A stretch of 55,088 nucleotides of DNA, counting the filler, from Dirinaria sp. TL-2023a (lineage: Eukaryota), in the NCBI GenBank assembly GCA_051941275.1. It is 2 parts of 2 records of this genome, joined end to end, with 100 filler letters (N's around TTAATTAATTAA, not from the genome) between each part and the next. Parts side by side here need not be neighbours in the genome. Positions count along the whole stretch, not along the records: positions 1 to 27,556 come from JAVEBF010000139.1; positions 27,657 to 55,088 come from JAVEBF010000140.1. The stretch is one strand, 5' to 3'. This document shows, piece by piece, positions 26,001-36,219 of the stretch. The position numbers and the translations under genes are program-made. Under the pieces are notes generated by a model. That model was not told the origin of the DNA. It did not search any database and was given only the letters and a program-made list of their open reading frames with translations. Each line of letters begins with the position of its first letter. The first letter of the stretch is position 1.

Positions 26001-26661
26001 CAGCGCGGCGGACATGTGCTCACCCTTGGGAATGCGCCAAGGCAACACCATCATCCTAGACACCACCCACCCAAAGCTGCCGGAGAAATCGCGGAGCAAC
26101 TACATCGAAGGCGCGAAATTACTCGAGGCGGAGCCCCTTGTGGACCAAAGTGGCACGAGCACCAACATAGCCCTGACCCTGCGAGCACTAAGCCGGCTTT
26201 CGGTCCCCAAAACGCGACCCCTAGACCCAACCACCCTCACCCAAACCCTTCCCCACATCATCATCCCTCATCCTCCTGCACCAGCAAAAGTAACCCCGCA
26301 AACCCTCTCAACAGCCTTCTCCCCCCTCCTCCAAAAAACAACAACCAGCCCCAACCCGCAAATCTCCGTCCTCGTCTCCCCCGCTTCAGCAATCACCACC
26401 GATATAGCGCCCTACATCCGAAGCATAACCGCGTTCGATCTCCATCTCGAGGAAGTAAGGCGGCAGCTCGAGATGTCAGACACCAACAATAAAAGCGGAG
26501 GAGCAGCGACAAGGGTAAGGAAAACGAGAGCGAGTCGGGCGGCACTGGAGGGCGGCGCGAAAGCTACCACGAGACGGGAGCGATGGTTTCAAGGCGCGAT
26601 GATGCTTGATTTCGGGCTGGTGAGGGAGACGGGGGGGGAGCGTTGGGGCTGTGAGGTATGA
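23092..26661 (+). CDS. ELG1: Elg1/ATAD5-type RFC-like AAA+ ATPase (PCNA unloader large subunit)
   Basis: 1189-aa ORF with KPTHPFF, W..KYAP, Walker A GPHGCGKT, ELGFEVFEINAGSRRSG, Walker-B-like ILLEEVDLLFEED, SKRPIIMTC and C-terminal RKTRASRAALEGG. A short upstream exon from ATG 22935 is possible. Confidence 0.88.
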   Translation: MAIAVSNVRMDVPNGRGVHSFFLPRGGRDTFMQLHRTGANNEPGLGGAVEAGDVPNHDRRKRRRTESPQPHARNNADSSANTWLDQLEAAASGAPADQTVQPGVPSFEASKEEQSKKGARKGSISKGETGDSSTASRQLQGDRGVLAQRSRASSSSTVANNELAAASSGRHSSANPSSTPPKKMLKLRSDGKLRSPKSLRHTTESKSRRKRKSSESHPGQRSSITVIRYGTDAASRLAIAQKINTIYEGRTIVLAKVAKDISPAKSNMPAKPTHPFFLGKAAKIQESGLTQINEGKQSCTQNQSEILKLSSPSKASLLSKVSSKPAWSDIVGSFQKPPRHAGTLEALWPPSDMVRILPLEEHFAVTGRTPRTPGLALRPRKLKNAIICVTENESVLTPYQDVVEQTRSAPPAVSFPTLQKPVRKIMTGRELQRAVRQTLATSIPEPQLPSDSSMDELSAPQPWSKPAGSVVHSGLRRMYQNMASSLSAFDEFKCETQDWASKYAPKRSVDVLQPGQEIALLRDWIRSLTISAVERRDPSAKRTRDSSAGARNGIINIKKRRKKRAKALDGFVVSSDEEADQMDVIDDTVGLEPASTSRLAFKGSMVRSGGLEDKAENTSNAVVISGPHGCGKTAAVYAVAQELGFEVFEINAGSRRSGRDLLDKVGDMTRNHLVQGSHKTNSNEGTEEADDLLRLTTPLELDIEDRQQGKLQSFFKPDPKAKQKSRGRPRKQKDSSSSKPSPKKPKAQKQSVILLEEVDLLFEEDKQFWTTTLEMITRSKRPIIMTCADECYLPWEDLPLFAVLRLQPPPESLAVDYLLLLACREGHSLSPDAVSSLYKSKQCDLRASIAELQFFCQMAIGDTEGGLAWFPIRSTSKEHETREGEALRVVSVGSYPSGISWLGHSSPVQANDSILEREIELLSEIWHGWGGDLADSESFINLHSFADAHQSSTQARLDTFVSLDNAYDSLSAADMCSPLGMRQGNTIILDTTHPKLPEKSRSNYIEGAKLLEAEPLVDQSGTSTNIALTLRALSRLSVPKTRPLDPTTLTQTLPHIIIPHPPAPAKVTPQTLSTAFSPLLQKTTTSPNPQISVLVSPASAITTDIAPYIRSITAFDLHLEEVRRQLEMSDTNNKSGGAATRVRKTRASRAALEGGAKATTRRERWFQGAMMLDFGLVRETGGERWGCEV

Positions 26662-27271
26662 CGATCTGGAGTTACAGGGAAAGTTATGCATACATAAATT
26701 ACCTTAGGGATGGGCGTTTTTCTTTCGGCTTACTGGATGTGCTTTTTCCACCACCACTTACCCCATCATCTCCTTCTTAAGCTACAGCGCATCAGCTCTC
26801 GAAGTGGTTCAGTTATTCATCGGAGATATATATCTAAAATAGCAATAGCATTGCATTTTCCCTCTCTCTTTTTCCCTCCCCCAATATATCCAACCCGCTT
26901 TTCTTCTCCTTCCCTTGATAAAAAACACAGTAAGTAGCGTAGCCCAGCCCCAACGAATACTAAGCAAGATTCATTGTAGTCCCATGATAATTTACAAACA
27001 AAATGAACGTAATTCTCATGTAAGATGCTTTACTTTACTTTAGTGTAGGTGTTGGGTGCCAGCTTAGCTTACTTTAAGACGGCAGAGATGACGAGAGAGG
27101 TAGGAAGGGGGGATTTGAATGTTATCTATTGGGGTTTTGGGTGGTTTATGTGTTTGCGGGCTTATAAAGTTGGTGAAGCGGGAAATAATGATACTATGGC
27201 GCACAATTTCTGTATCACACAAGAAAACGTAGCGAAGTAAAATAAAAAAATCTTCACATTTCTCCTTTCTC

Positions 27272-27320
27272 CTTCTTCTTCTTCTTCTTCTTCTTCTTCT
27301 TCTTCTTCTTCTTCTTCTTC
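27272..27320 (+). repeat. (CTT)~16 microsatellite in a low-complexity contig end
   Basis: Uninterrupted CTT run, followed by A-rich repeats and (CTGTTG)3 at ~27467-27488. Confidence 0.95.
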
Positions 27321-27556
27321 AGCTGAGCTAGCTAGTGTATCTATCGTACAAACAAAAGAAAACAAAACAAAACAAAAGGAAAGCACAGAAGAAAACAAAA
27401 GGAAAGAAAAAAAAGCAGTAATAATGTGACCGCAGGGAAAAAAACCTTCTCACTCCTTCTCTCGCTCTGTTGCTGTTGCTGTTGCTGTGGGGTAGGTAGG
27501 TAATGTCTGAGCACAGGGCTCTGTCTTGGGGCGGAGGGAGGCGTCCTTCGAGGGGG

Positions 27557-27656
27557 NNNNNNNNNNNNNNNNNNNNNNNNNNNNNNNNNNNNNNNNNNNN
27601 TTAATTAATTAANNNNNNNNNNNNNNNNNNNNNNNNNNNNNNNNNNNNNNNNNNNN
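27557..27656. other. Assembly spacer / contig junction (44 N + TTAATTAATTAA + 44 N)
   Basis: Exactly 100 nt; the core is a six-frame stop linker. Confidence 0.97.
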
Positions 27657-27789
27657 GCAATAGAAGCAACCTGCTCTTTTGTCCCTCTCACTCATTAGCA
27701 AGAATCGTCGTCCGCGTCCACGCGGTGTGTCTGTGCCTCGTCTGCAGCTTCGCTTCTACTACGCAGCTCCCCTAAACGAGGCCCTTCAC

Positions 27790-29334
27790 CTCACAATTTC
27801 GATGAGAAAGAATTTCTGCTAGGGATCTGTCGCTTTAAGAAACGTATCGTGTCTATAAAGCATCTGTTTAGCGATAAAACCTTGAGAACAAATCAAGATG
27901 GCTCTCGCGAGTTTATCTCTTTACTCGCTGCGATATGCGCCGATGAAACAGCACTAGCGTCTGCTTTAGTCTATCAAAAAGACACACACGATCTACAAAA
28001 TATCTGACTTGAAGACTTTGATCATTCAAACGAGGAAGCACATTTTGCTGTATTCAAAAAGGGCTGGACCAATGAGAGCTAAAATTCTCGTGATTATCAA
28101 CGATTTTTGAGCCAGCAACCAGAGCAAAAGCAGATAATAGCAGACGCATGTTAATCGTGAATGAATATTCAAGTCATTTTAATATGCGGTTTATCGATTA
28201 CTGCGACGAGCATAATATTCTACTCGCTATTTTGCCTCCGCATTCTACGCATCGATTACAGCCTTTGGATGTTTCTATCTTCTCGCCGCTTGCTACTGCC
28301 TATTCAAATGAAATCGACAAGTTTATACAGTCTAGTCAAGCTTTCTCTCGCGTCACAAAGCCCAGTTTCTGAATACTTTTTCAAAAGACGTGAAAATCAG
28401 CTTTAACTGCTTCAAATATTCTCTCAGGATTCGCCGCTACTGGAATTTGGCCTTTAAATTCTACAAGAATCCTTTCAAAACTTCAAACCAAGACTCTCAC
28501 TCCATCTTCAAGCGATGAAAAGCTTAAGCGAAAAACTTCAAACTCCATACGAAGCGTACGTCGCGCTATTAAAGCTCTAAGAAAGGAGGATCCTGCTCTA
28601 GACTCTGAAGTCGATTTGATCGTTCGTGAAATGAAGAAACTCGTTGTCGAAAGAGATATTTTGCAGCATCAGATCGATCAGCTACGGGGAACTATTGTAA
28701 ATGAAAAGAAGCGACGAAAACGGAGCAAAAACATGAATCTATTTACTAAAAATGAGTCGAGGCAAGCAATGTTCTTCTCTTTAGATAAAATCGCCGCGGC
28801 TAGGGCCCGTCAAAAGAAGCTCGATACTCAAAAAGAGAAGGAGAGGTTAGCTAAAGAGACGGAGAAGCAACGCAAGACATTTGAAAAAGAGCAGAAGGCT
28901 CAAGAAGCTCGAAATCGCAAGATAACGAGGCAGAAGGCTGCTGCTCAAAAAAGAGAGACCAAAGAACGTGAAAAAGAGACTCGAATACTTCAAAAACAAG
29001 CAAATCAACAGCTTAAATATGAGCAATCTATCCCAAAGACTGCTGCTCCAGCTTCTGCTAAGCCAAAAAAACGCAAAGCAGTCGAGGATCCTCCCTCGGA
29101 GCCTCCCCCTTCTAAATCGAGGATTGGCCGCAGCGATCGCACCATCGCCTTATCAGCGCGATTTCACTAATAATGATTAGCACCATTGTATTTAGCGTAT
29201 GTTAATTGACTACATATCGAAATTGTAAAGCTGTAGCTATGTTTTCTAGGGAGTTATGCTATGTTGAATGTAGAGGGAGCAATTAAGTGGGGGTGCGCAT
29301 TAGGTGTCGGTGCGCATAAGATGTCGGATTACGT
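27790..29334 (+). mobile_element. Degenerate, 5'-truncated pogo/Fot1-type (Tc1/mariner superfamily) DNA transposon with right TIR
   Basis: DDE_1 transposase motifs NFDEK, QDGSREFISL, ICAD, KGWT, degenerate D(N)G(E)H(Y)SSH, LPPHSTHRLQPLDV, GFAATGIWP and a Lys-rich coiled tail ending at 29170. TGA stops at 28005, 28091, 28370 and 28391, frameshift near 28075. TIR ~29283-29334 ends ...GGATTACGT followed by TA and contains two 17-bp direct repeats TGCGCATWAGRTGTCGG. Confidence 0.92.
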
Positions 29335-29475
29335 TAACCCTAACCCTGAATTATGACTTCCCATTGAGGGTTGTTCCGCCTGGTCGCAATCCTCCGAGGA
29401 AACAGTGAGGTATCAACTGGTTCCTTTTTTGCGTTGTCAACGTATGACAGGAGTCGAATCCATTGCTAAACTGTC

Positions 29476-30018
29476 ATGGCTATTTCCCGATTTGAGTCCG
29501 AACAGTACACCTCGGAAGCTTTTGTTGAGAGCGTCGGCGCCATCCTTTTTCGTCTGTCGCTCCGTCAGGTCTGCGTCCTCCATCTGCTGAAGCGCGACGA
29601 GTATGTGCCAGCCAAGGGACGACGTAACTGCGAAGAGAGCCGTCAGAATGCTGCGATGCGTGAGATAGTGGAAGAAACCGGATTTCAGTGTCGTTTAGTG
29701 CATTTGAACATGTCCACTCGCGCTCCTCCCTCTGTGGAAACGGAGCAGCTCCGGGACGAGGCACGTCTATATACCGCTATCTGTGAACCATTCACCTTAC
29801 AGCTCCGTCGCCTTGGGAAGGATGATATCAAGTTGATCTGGTGGTACATCGCCGCCATCGATGAAGACCAGCCGTTCATGGAGAACCTGCAGGAGAAGGA
29901 CAAGTTCGCCGTGGAGTTCTACAGCTACACAGAAGCTGTGGAGAGATTGACCTTTCAGATGGATCGTGAAATGGTTCAAAAAGCTATTGTGATCGTTACC
30001 AATACCTACGGGAATTGA
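29476..30018 (+). CDS. Nudix hydrolase (no signal peptide)
   Basis: Nudix box G-RRNCE-E-SRQNAAM-REIVEETG; EPF..Q.R..KLIWWYIA seen in fungal Nudix proteins. Confidence 0.85.
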   Translation: MAISRFESEQYTSEAFVESVGAILFRLSLRQVCVLHLLKRDEYVPAKGRRNCEESRQNAAMREIVEETGFQCRLVHLNMSTRAPPSVETEQLRDEARLYTAICEPFTLQLRRLGKDDIKLIWWYIAAIDEDQPFMENLQEKDKFAVEFYSYTEAVERLTFQMDREMVQKAIVIVTNTYGN

Positions 30019-30159
30019 GTATTGCTGATATGACATGGTAAGGTGAAGACTACAAACTAACAAGGTGATTCAAGAAGGTGACTGTGACTGGTAAGTCAAA
30101 GATCTCGATCAAGTATCTTAGCACTTGGAGAAAATTGATCCGCAAGTCCTGCTTGAGAA

Positions 30160-31326
30160 TTAAACTACAAGATCTAACTCTGGCATTGTTAACCAGTTCA
30201 CTAATGCTCCAAATGTACAATTCTTGATCTCTCGCCTCATCTTAGTCTGCGCATCGCAACAGATTTTCCACCAATTGGCAAATGTGCTATTATCGTCTAC
30301 TACTAAGTCGGTGTTTGACCATCTTAATTCCATGCCACCGTCAAGCCTCACGTTGTGGTTGTTGAAGAGCTCCTTAGAGGTGACGAAAGACCTCTTCACC
30401 TTCTCGACATCGGCCGGTGGCCCTGTCGGTATAACCACATGCAATTTTCCCCCGAATCCACATCTTGAGTCGTGTGATCATCGAGTGGCGGTATACACGT
30501 TCAATGACCATGATCCGAAGCTATCAGTGATCGTTTGAGAAGCGTTCGAGTTCGTGGAGCAATGCATGCTCTATATCGGGCAAGTTATAGACGCTCCTTT
30601 CAAGTCTATTGCTAATTAGGTGAGTGAGTTAAACGATCTTGAGTCGAAGGTCCGGCGTTGTTGTGATATGTTCGCTGCATCAGGATACACAAATGGCCAA
30701 AGTCATGTGAGCGTTGAAAATCTGCCAAACATCTCTACTAAAGGACTAATACCTATTCTCAATGATAGTAAGTCCTTCTCAATCGCTATCTTGAGCAGCA
30801 CATTACTGTCGATACGAGACGATCTCTCGAAAAGGCTAGGATAATTTTCCGCTTCGTGATTCGTCCGTTCTAAATCTCCACGTGATATCATTGGCTCGCC
30901 TGCCGTTCAAGCTTCAATCAGGGACGTTGAATGTGCGGCTTTCCGATCGAACGAATAGGGCATATTGCCCCGAATGAGATATCTATAATAGCATAGCCAT
31001 TCTCCACGAGCATGAAACGATCATGCCATACGAAAGAGCAAGAAAGATGCCTTGTCCTGAAAACTCCTAAGTTCCTCTTGAGAGATGGAAAAGAGATAAC
31101 GCGATGGTTGTAGGTCATGTGCCAGCGCGGCCCGCTCCGCTGACCCAACCAGATGCTGTGATAAGCGATGCCCAGGATCTGCCTCGCACGCTTCATGGAT
31201 CTTGGGTCGAGAAAGGCGGCGGCCAAGAGCAGCTACAATAATATAAAGTCCTTGGTATTCGCTTGGCAAATGATGCCCGGCTTCGCTGTTGGCGACAGCG
31301 TAAATAATAGAAACCCCCTTCGCCAT
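30160..31326 (-). pseudogene. Probable relic of an unknown protein-coding gene
   Basis: ORFs 31326-31021, 30891-30703 and 30444-30160 share one frame and are separated by in-frame stops (TGA at 31021, ~30907, 30703, then further stops or frameshifts). Confidence 0.35.
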
Positions 31327-31517
31327 TAAGACTTTTTCTGAACTTTTCCAAAACCAAAAAGAACATTCCGTACAATCAGCAACAGTTCACTTCCTCAACA
31401 TCTCAAACCCCATGGAGTATGCATAGGACCGGAGGTAAGTCTTCCGTCGCCCAAGGTGACTTGATTAGACTCGCAATGTTACGAGGCTGATGTTCGAACA
31501 GCCCGTTGAGCATCATA

Positions 31518-33146
31518 ATGAGGCCAATCTCCTCAACCTCCCTAATCTTTTTCGCGCAGGCGTTATCATACCTCGTTCCCTCAATTCGAGCAACACAATG
31601 GACTGTCAGGTCATACGCCGTTCTTTCATCCTACGTTACGCGACCATCCTATGATCCTACCTTCGCCATCACTGACACCACAACAATCTACCTCACCAGC
31701 GTCTCACCAACGCCGACTGCGTCGCCATACTCGAGCACCGTAGATGTCCTTGATGATCTCGATGTCACCTACATCACTTACTATCTGCCCCCGGGCGCTG
31801 TTGCACAGTCGGTGATCGCCTCCGCCACTCGAACGCACAGTATAATCGATTCACCTTTTACCTTATTCTATATGCCAATCGAGTACACTGCTCCGGCATC
31901 GTGTCCTACGCCTTTCACCTATACAACTTCGACGAATGTCTTTATACCCAGCGGCGCAGAGAGCTCGGTCACACCTACGGCTTTTTCTACAGATACGTTA
32001 GAATTTTCCAATACCTACGTCACAGCCTACCTCACGCCGAGCGCTGTATCGCTTCAAACGCCGCCTGCAACGACCGACTTCATTTATTCAGACTATGTTG
32101 CTTCTTGCAGTAACCCAGCGACAACACCAACTTATAATTACGGCTATACCTATAATCCTACTGAAACTAGCTCATACACAGGCAGCGGCGGCGGAAGTTA
32201 CTACGGCGGATATTCCTTCTATGACGATGACAGTAATTGCCTGGGCAGCCTCTGCCCCTTTTGGCTGATCTATATCATCATTTTCTGCACACTCATCCCC
32301 CTTCTCTTCATACTTGGCATCTTCGAATCATACTTCTGGTTCTCCCGGCTCATGAAAGGTCGTTTTGCATTTCGCGGGGTGCCACTGTTTTGGGTGTGCA
32401 TTAGCTTATGGACGCTGTTGTGTCTCCGCCGTAGCAGAGAAGCGAGACCTGAAGAACAGGCCCAGCTCGAAAAGGAGTGGCGCGGCCTGAGCACTGGTAG
32501 AAGATTAGGATTGTGGATGCGATATGGTTTCAGGCATAAGAACCCGCCTCAATTAGACGCCTTACATGCAAATCAGGGTCCTCAGCAACAGCAGCAGCAG
32601 CAGCAGCCAATGATGTATCAGTCTGCACCCGGTCAACAACCCTTCTATTATCAACCAGGCTCACAGCCATACTATCCTCCCCAGGGGCATAATAGCAGTG
32701 CTTTTCCACCTTTTCCGAACAGCCAATCTCCTATGGGACCACAGCAATACCCAAATCCAAACCTAAATCCATCGCATCAAATGCCAATCACCAACTATCC
32801 GCCTTTTGGGCCGGCCAGCGGCCCTGGCATGTCTATGCATCAGGCTTACAATCCTCCACCAGGACAGACTGGAGCCACTTTCGCAACTTCTCCCGGTGGG
32901 CAATCCCCACAGGGACAGCAACAGTATCCAATTTCAACAAATCAAACGCCAACCTCCTACGGCCCACCTTCAAGCCCATCAGACAACCCTATTGTGCCCG
33001 TTCAGCAAATTTATACGCCTCCCCCAGGACAGCAGGCATATCCACCTCCTCCACCCCAGCAGCTTTCTTCAGAACCAACACAGCCGCATTTCAGCGCCCC
33101 ACCTGGAAATACCCCACAGCCACATTCGCATTCATCTCAACCATAG
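31518..33146 (+). CDS. Membrane protein with signal peptide, Ser/Thr/Tyr-rich ectodomain, 1-2 TM helices and Gln/Pro-rich tail
   Basis: Intronless ORF; TM FWLIYIIIFCTLIPLLFILGIF and a second hydrophobic stretch; CAG/CAA polyQ at ~32583-32606. Confidence 0.8.
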   Translation: MRPISSTSLIFFAQALSYLVPSIRATQWTVRSYAVLSSYVTRPSYDPTFAITDTTTIYLTSVSPTPTASPYSSTVDVLDDLDVTYITYYLPPGAVAQSVIASATRTHSIIDSPFTLFYMPIEYTAPASCPTPFTYTTSTNVFIPSGAESSVTPTAFSTDTLEFSNTYVTAYLTPSAVSLQTPPATTDFIYSDYVASCSNPATTPTYNYGYTYNPTETSSYTGSGGGSYYGGYSFYDDDSNCLGSLCPFWLIYIIIFCTLIPLLFILGIFESYFWFSRLMKGRFAFRGVPLFWVCISLWTLLCLRRSREARPEEQAQLEKEWRGLSTGRRLGLWMRYGFRHKNPPQLDALHANQGPQQQQQQQQPMMYQSAPGQQPFYYQPGSQPYYPPQGHNSSAFPPFPNSQSPMGPQQYPNPNLNPSHQMPITNYPPFGPASGPGMSMHQAYNPPPGQTGATFATSPGGQSPQGQQQYPISTNQTPTSYGPPSSPSDNPIVPVQQIYTPPPGQQAYPPPPPQQLSSEPTQPHFSAPPGNTPQPHSHSSQP

Positions 33147-33692
33147 TTAGGACAAGTTAAAAGAGGCTTGTTGGAGGCAAACGACTCACCACGTGAAGGC
33201 GACGGGCAGAAAAAAACGGCTGACGTACGCCGATCTTTGAGTCTAAACCGTCTTAGCCTTCTGAGACGGGGTCGGGGCCAGGAACATATGATACAAGGGC
33301 GTGGGAACAACAAGCATGTGTTGGACACCTCTACCAGGTCTGAGCGCGCTACAAGACTTACATGGTGAACTTGAAGCACTTTGATTTCGTCCATTCGAGA
33401 TATACAGGGATAAAGTAGTCATACTAGGAGAATTATCTGCTAGAAAACATGCAACGCTCTGGTCGATGTAGGTATGCTTATTTAAGATATTATCACTAAG
33501 GAAGACAGAGGCAACTGGATTACATAAATGGGCCACAGGTGTATGTGCGGCTGCTCATCCCGATAGGGTTTAGCGCCTATTCCCAGACAACTCTGGGAAG
33601 TGTTGCTTCAGGCAGTATATCAGTGCTCAATGGGCCCTGATAGGCGAGAACCTCAACGCAAGAATCGCCATAGCATCATCACGGGCACCCAG

Positions 33693-34942
33693 TCACGGGC
33701 TCTCAGTCACATTGTAGTCCTTCTCCTCGGCGAGCAACGAATTCAGATTACCTTGTCCAGTAAGTTTCATATCAATACGGGGTGGGTGATGCTGGTCCTG
33801 CGAGAAATCTAGGTGCGCCGCTCTCGGCGAGAGCGGAGAAGCATTCGATCCGTAGTGTCGCCTCAGCAGGGACGAGAATGATGCGCTAAGTGTGGTGTGC
33901 AGCCGCAAGATGAGGGGCCGCAAGCGAGGCAGACAGGCGGCGATGAGGTACATGCCAGGTTCAACATACGAGACGATAACATCACCAGCAATCGATTCTG
34001 CGAGTTCAGGGAGTTGTCAGATGTCAGTCAGTTCCAGAAACATCGTGCACTCTGCGCAGAAGTTACGAGGAAGCAGGGGCTACCTACTGGTTGTTTGGCT
34101 TGATCCTGGCTTTTGAACGTAAACTCGGTGGATGTAGAGTGCGAGACGTATACAAGCGCCGACAATGCCGCTATGTGGAGTCATCAGTGTCTTGGTGGTT
34201 CGCGTTCAGGATATAGGTACTTACATAGATCCGGTCAAGAAAGTGATCGTCACACCGAACTTCTTTGTGCGCTTCATTTGCGTTTTCCATAGAACCGGAA
34301 GAGGCATGATCAGGAGCGCAAGGTCGCTGACTATATGTGGCAGACTGATCCAGGCGGCGAAGACTTGATAATTGATGCACTTTGCAGGCTCCTGATTCCA
34401 GTACGCGGAGATAGGTTGACAAACGAGAATGGTCGGTACCAGCCATGCGATCGCATTCACGACCAGGAAAGCTATCATTAGGTAGGCCGCCCGTCGCAAG
34501 CTGTTGTCAGGTCTCAGAAGCGAAACGTACATGCTGCATATCGAAATCTTGGGCAATGCGCAGGCTACCGGATAAGCGACACTTATACCGTAGCTGGCTT
34601 TGAATATGGTGATCTCGTCCTGCTTTGTCTCATGGGGAGAATAAAAAGCGAGGTATGCGTGGGCGTCCACTGATACTTGTCAGTCCACGTTGCGCGTGTG
34701 TCGAGATTAGGATCCTCACGAATAGCACAAGCGCACAAAGGGAGGAAAGCTACCAGGGACATCAGAATCAGAGCGTCTTCCTACAAGGTAGACCTGATCA
34801 GGCTCTTCTTTTTTAAATTAAGGATGCCCAATCCAACGCATCTCAGGGTCACGAAGAAGGTAGTGAGAACGGCGAATGCGATAGCGCCATTGAGCTGGTT
34901 TTGCAACCATTCACGTTGCTCTGTTAAAGTCTCTTGACCCAT
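33693..34942 (-). pseudogene. Second PTH11-like membrane protein gene with a premature stop at codon 54
   Basis: MGQETL..FFVTLRC..STL*EDAL (TAG at 34781-34783, where Trp is expected). Downstream exons are intact: KISICSMY, CQPISAYW, HIVSDLALLIMPLP, VEPGMYLIAACLP. Confidence 0.75.
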
Positions 34943-36219
34943 GGTACGATGCTGCAGGCTTTTGGGGAGTGCAATAATGACAAGACGGAGGGACGAGTTT
35001 TTGCAGTGGCTTTCGGCTGGTTATAGCGATCATAGCAGCATTTCGTACAATCTGCAATCACTCGTCATCGATGTTGATTCATAGGATGTGGGACGAGCCG
35101 CAACTCTACATGCTGGATAATTAATGGTGTGGTGGTTCGAAATGCGAGGATATGTACCTTCGAGGCATAGTCGGTTGCTTTAATTGACGCTCGCATTGGT
35201 ACACCAAGCCTGCAGGACGCCACCAATGATCGCGAGAATCGGGATGATCAGCAATTCGATAGCTGCAGATGGACGAAACATGCACTCAGGAGGCTGTACA
35301 TACAAGCCTCGCTCGACAGACGTTCCTCGGCGCTCACATCGTCTCTGGCCACGCACCATATCACTCGTCAAGGGTACCCTCTTGCGATTTGCGGACGGCT
35401 TTGGGAGCAGTGCGATAGTAGAAAGCGTTGAGCCATGACTGGAAGAGCCGAAGAGGGTGCAAACGGCATAGTTAAAATGTTGGACTTCAAGAGCCTCATC
35501 GCTTTGTGAGAGGTCCTTCCGATCTCCCTTCCATTGACTTTCGCAATCTTTGGATGAAAAAGTGTCTCCCAAACGGAAATGACAAATCATCCCGCCTCCA
35601 AGGCACATGAAGGCTGTCCCACGCCGAAGATGCAACTTCGCTTTTCTGAAGGGGCAAATCTCCAAATCGTGAAATTGGGCATTGCGCATGCGGCGTGGTC
35701 CCGCAGAGAAGCTGTCTTCGCACTGTTTCATTTGCGGGGGTAGTGAATGTACGTGGTCACGTGGGCGTGGCTCAGCCGTCGCTTGCCTGCATGCAGATAC
35801 ATCAAAGTGTATCTATTTGCGGCGGAGTTGGCAATTTAAGCCGAGACATGCAATGGTGCAACCTTTGATCCCAAGAATTTCGACGCTCACTTATAAATTG
35901 CATCAAACAATGCACGTCGCGATTTGTCCGATCAGTGATTCGACGGGATGTATCTCTGCACTGTGTTTTCATGGTGTAGCACATGGATTGCGAAGCCTCA
36001 ATCGTGAATATGGCAAAGCTAGATCGACACTGTCATGCTTTCCTCGATACTGACCTTATCTATGTCTCGGAGCTGGAGTAGCACCATCCAATGGATGGTT
36101 TCGAGACTTTCTATGAGGTGCGCCTCTGATCTGCATCGCAGAATTTTCATATATCGCGTAGCCTGCTGGAATTTCTCAACTGTTTTCCAGTGGTTACAGT
36201 CGATTTGCACAACGTCAAA

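Noticed and set aside
27162..27398. Poly-Glu ORF
   Set aside because: Translation of the (CTT)n microsatellite and A-rich low-complexity sequence.
27601..27612. TTAATTAATTAA as a biological motif
   Set aside because: Symmetrically embedded in Ns; a synthetic six-frame stop linker.
35180..36210. ORFs of 60-183 aa between the PTH11-like and secreted-protein genes
   Set aside because: No motifs, overlapping on both strands; most likely divergent promoter sequence.
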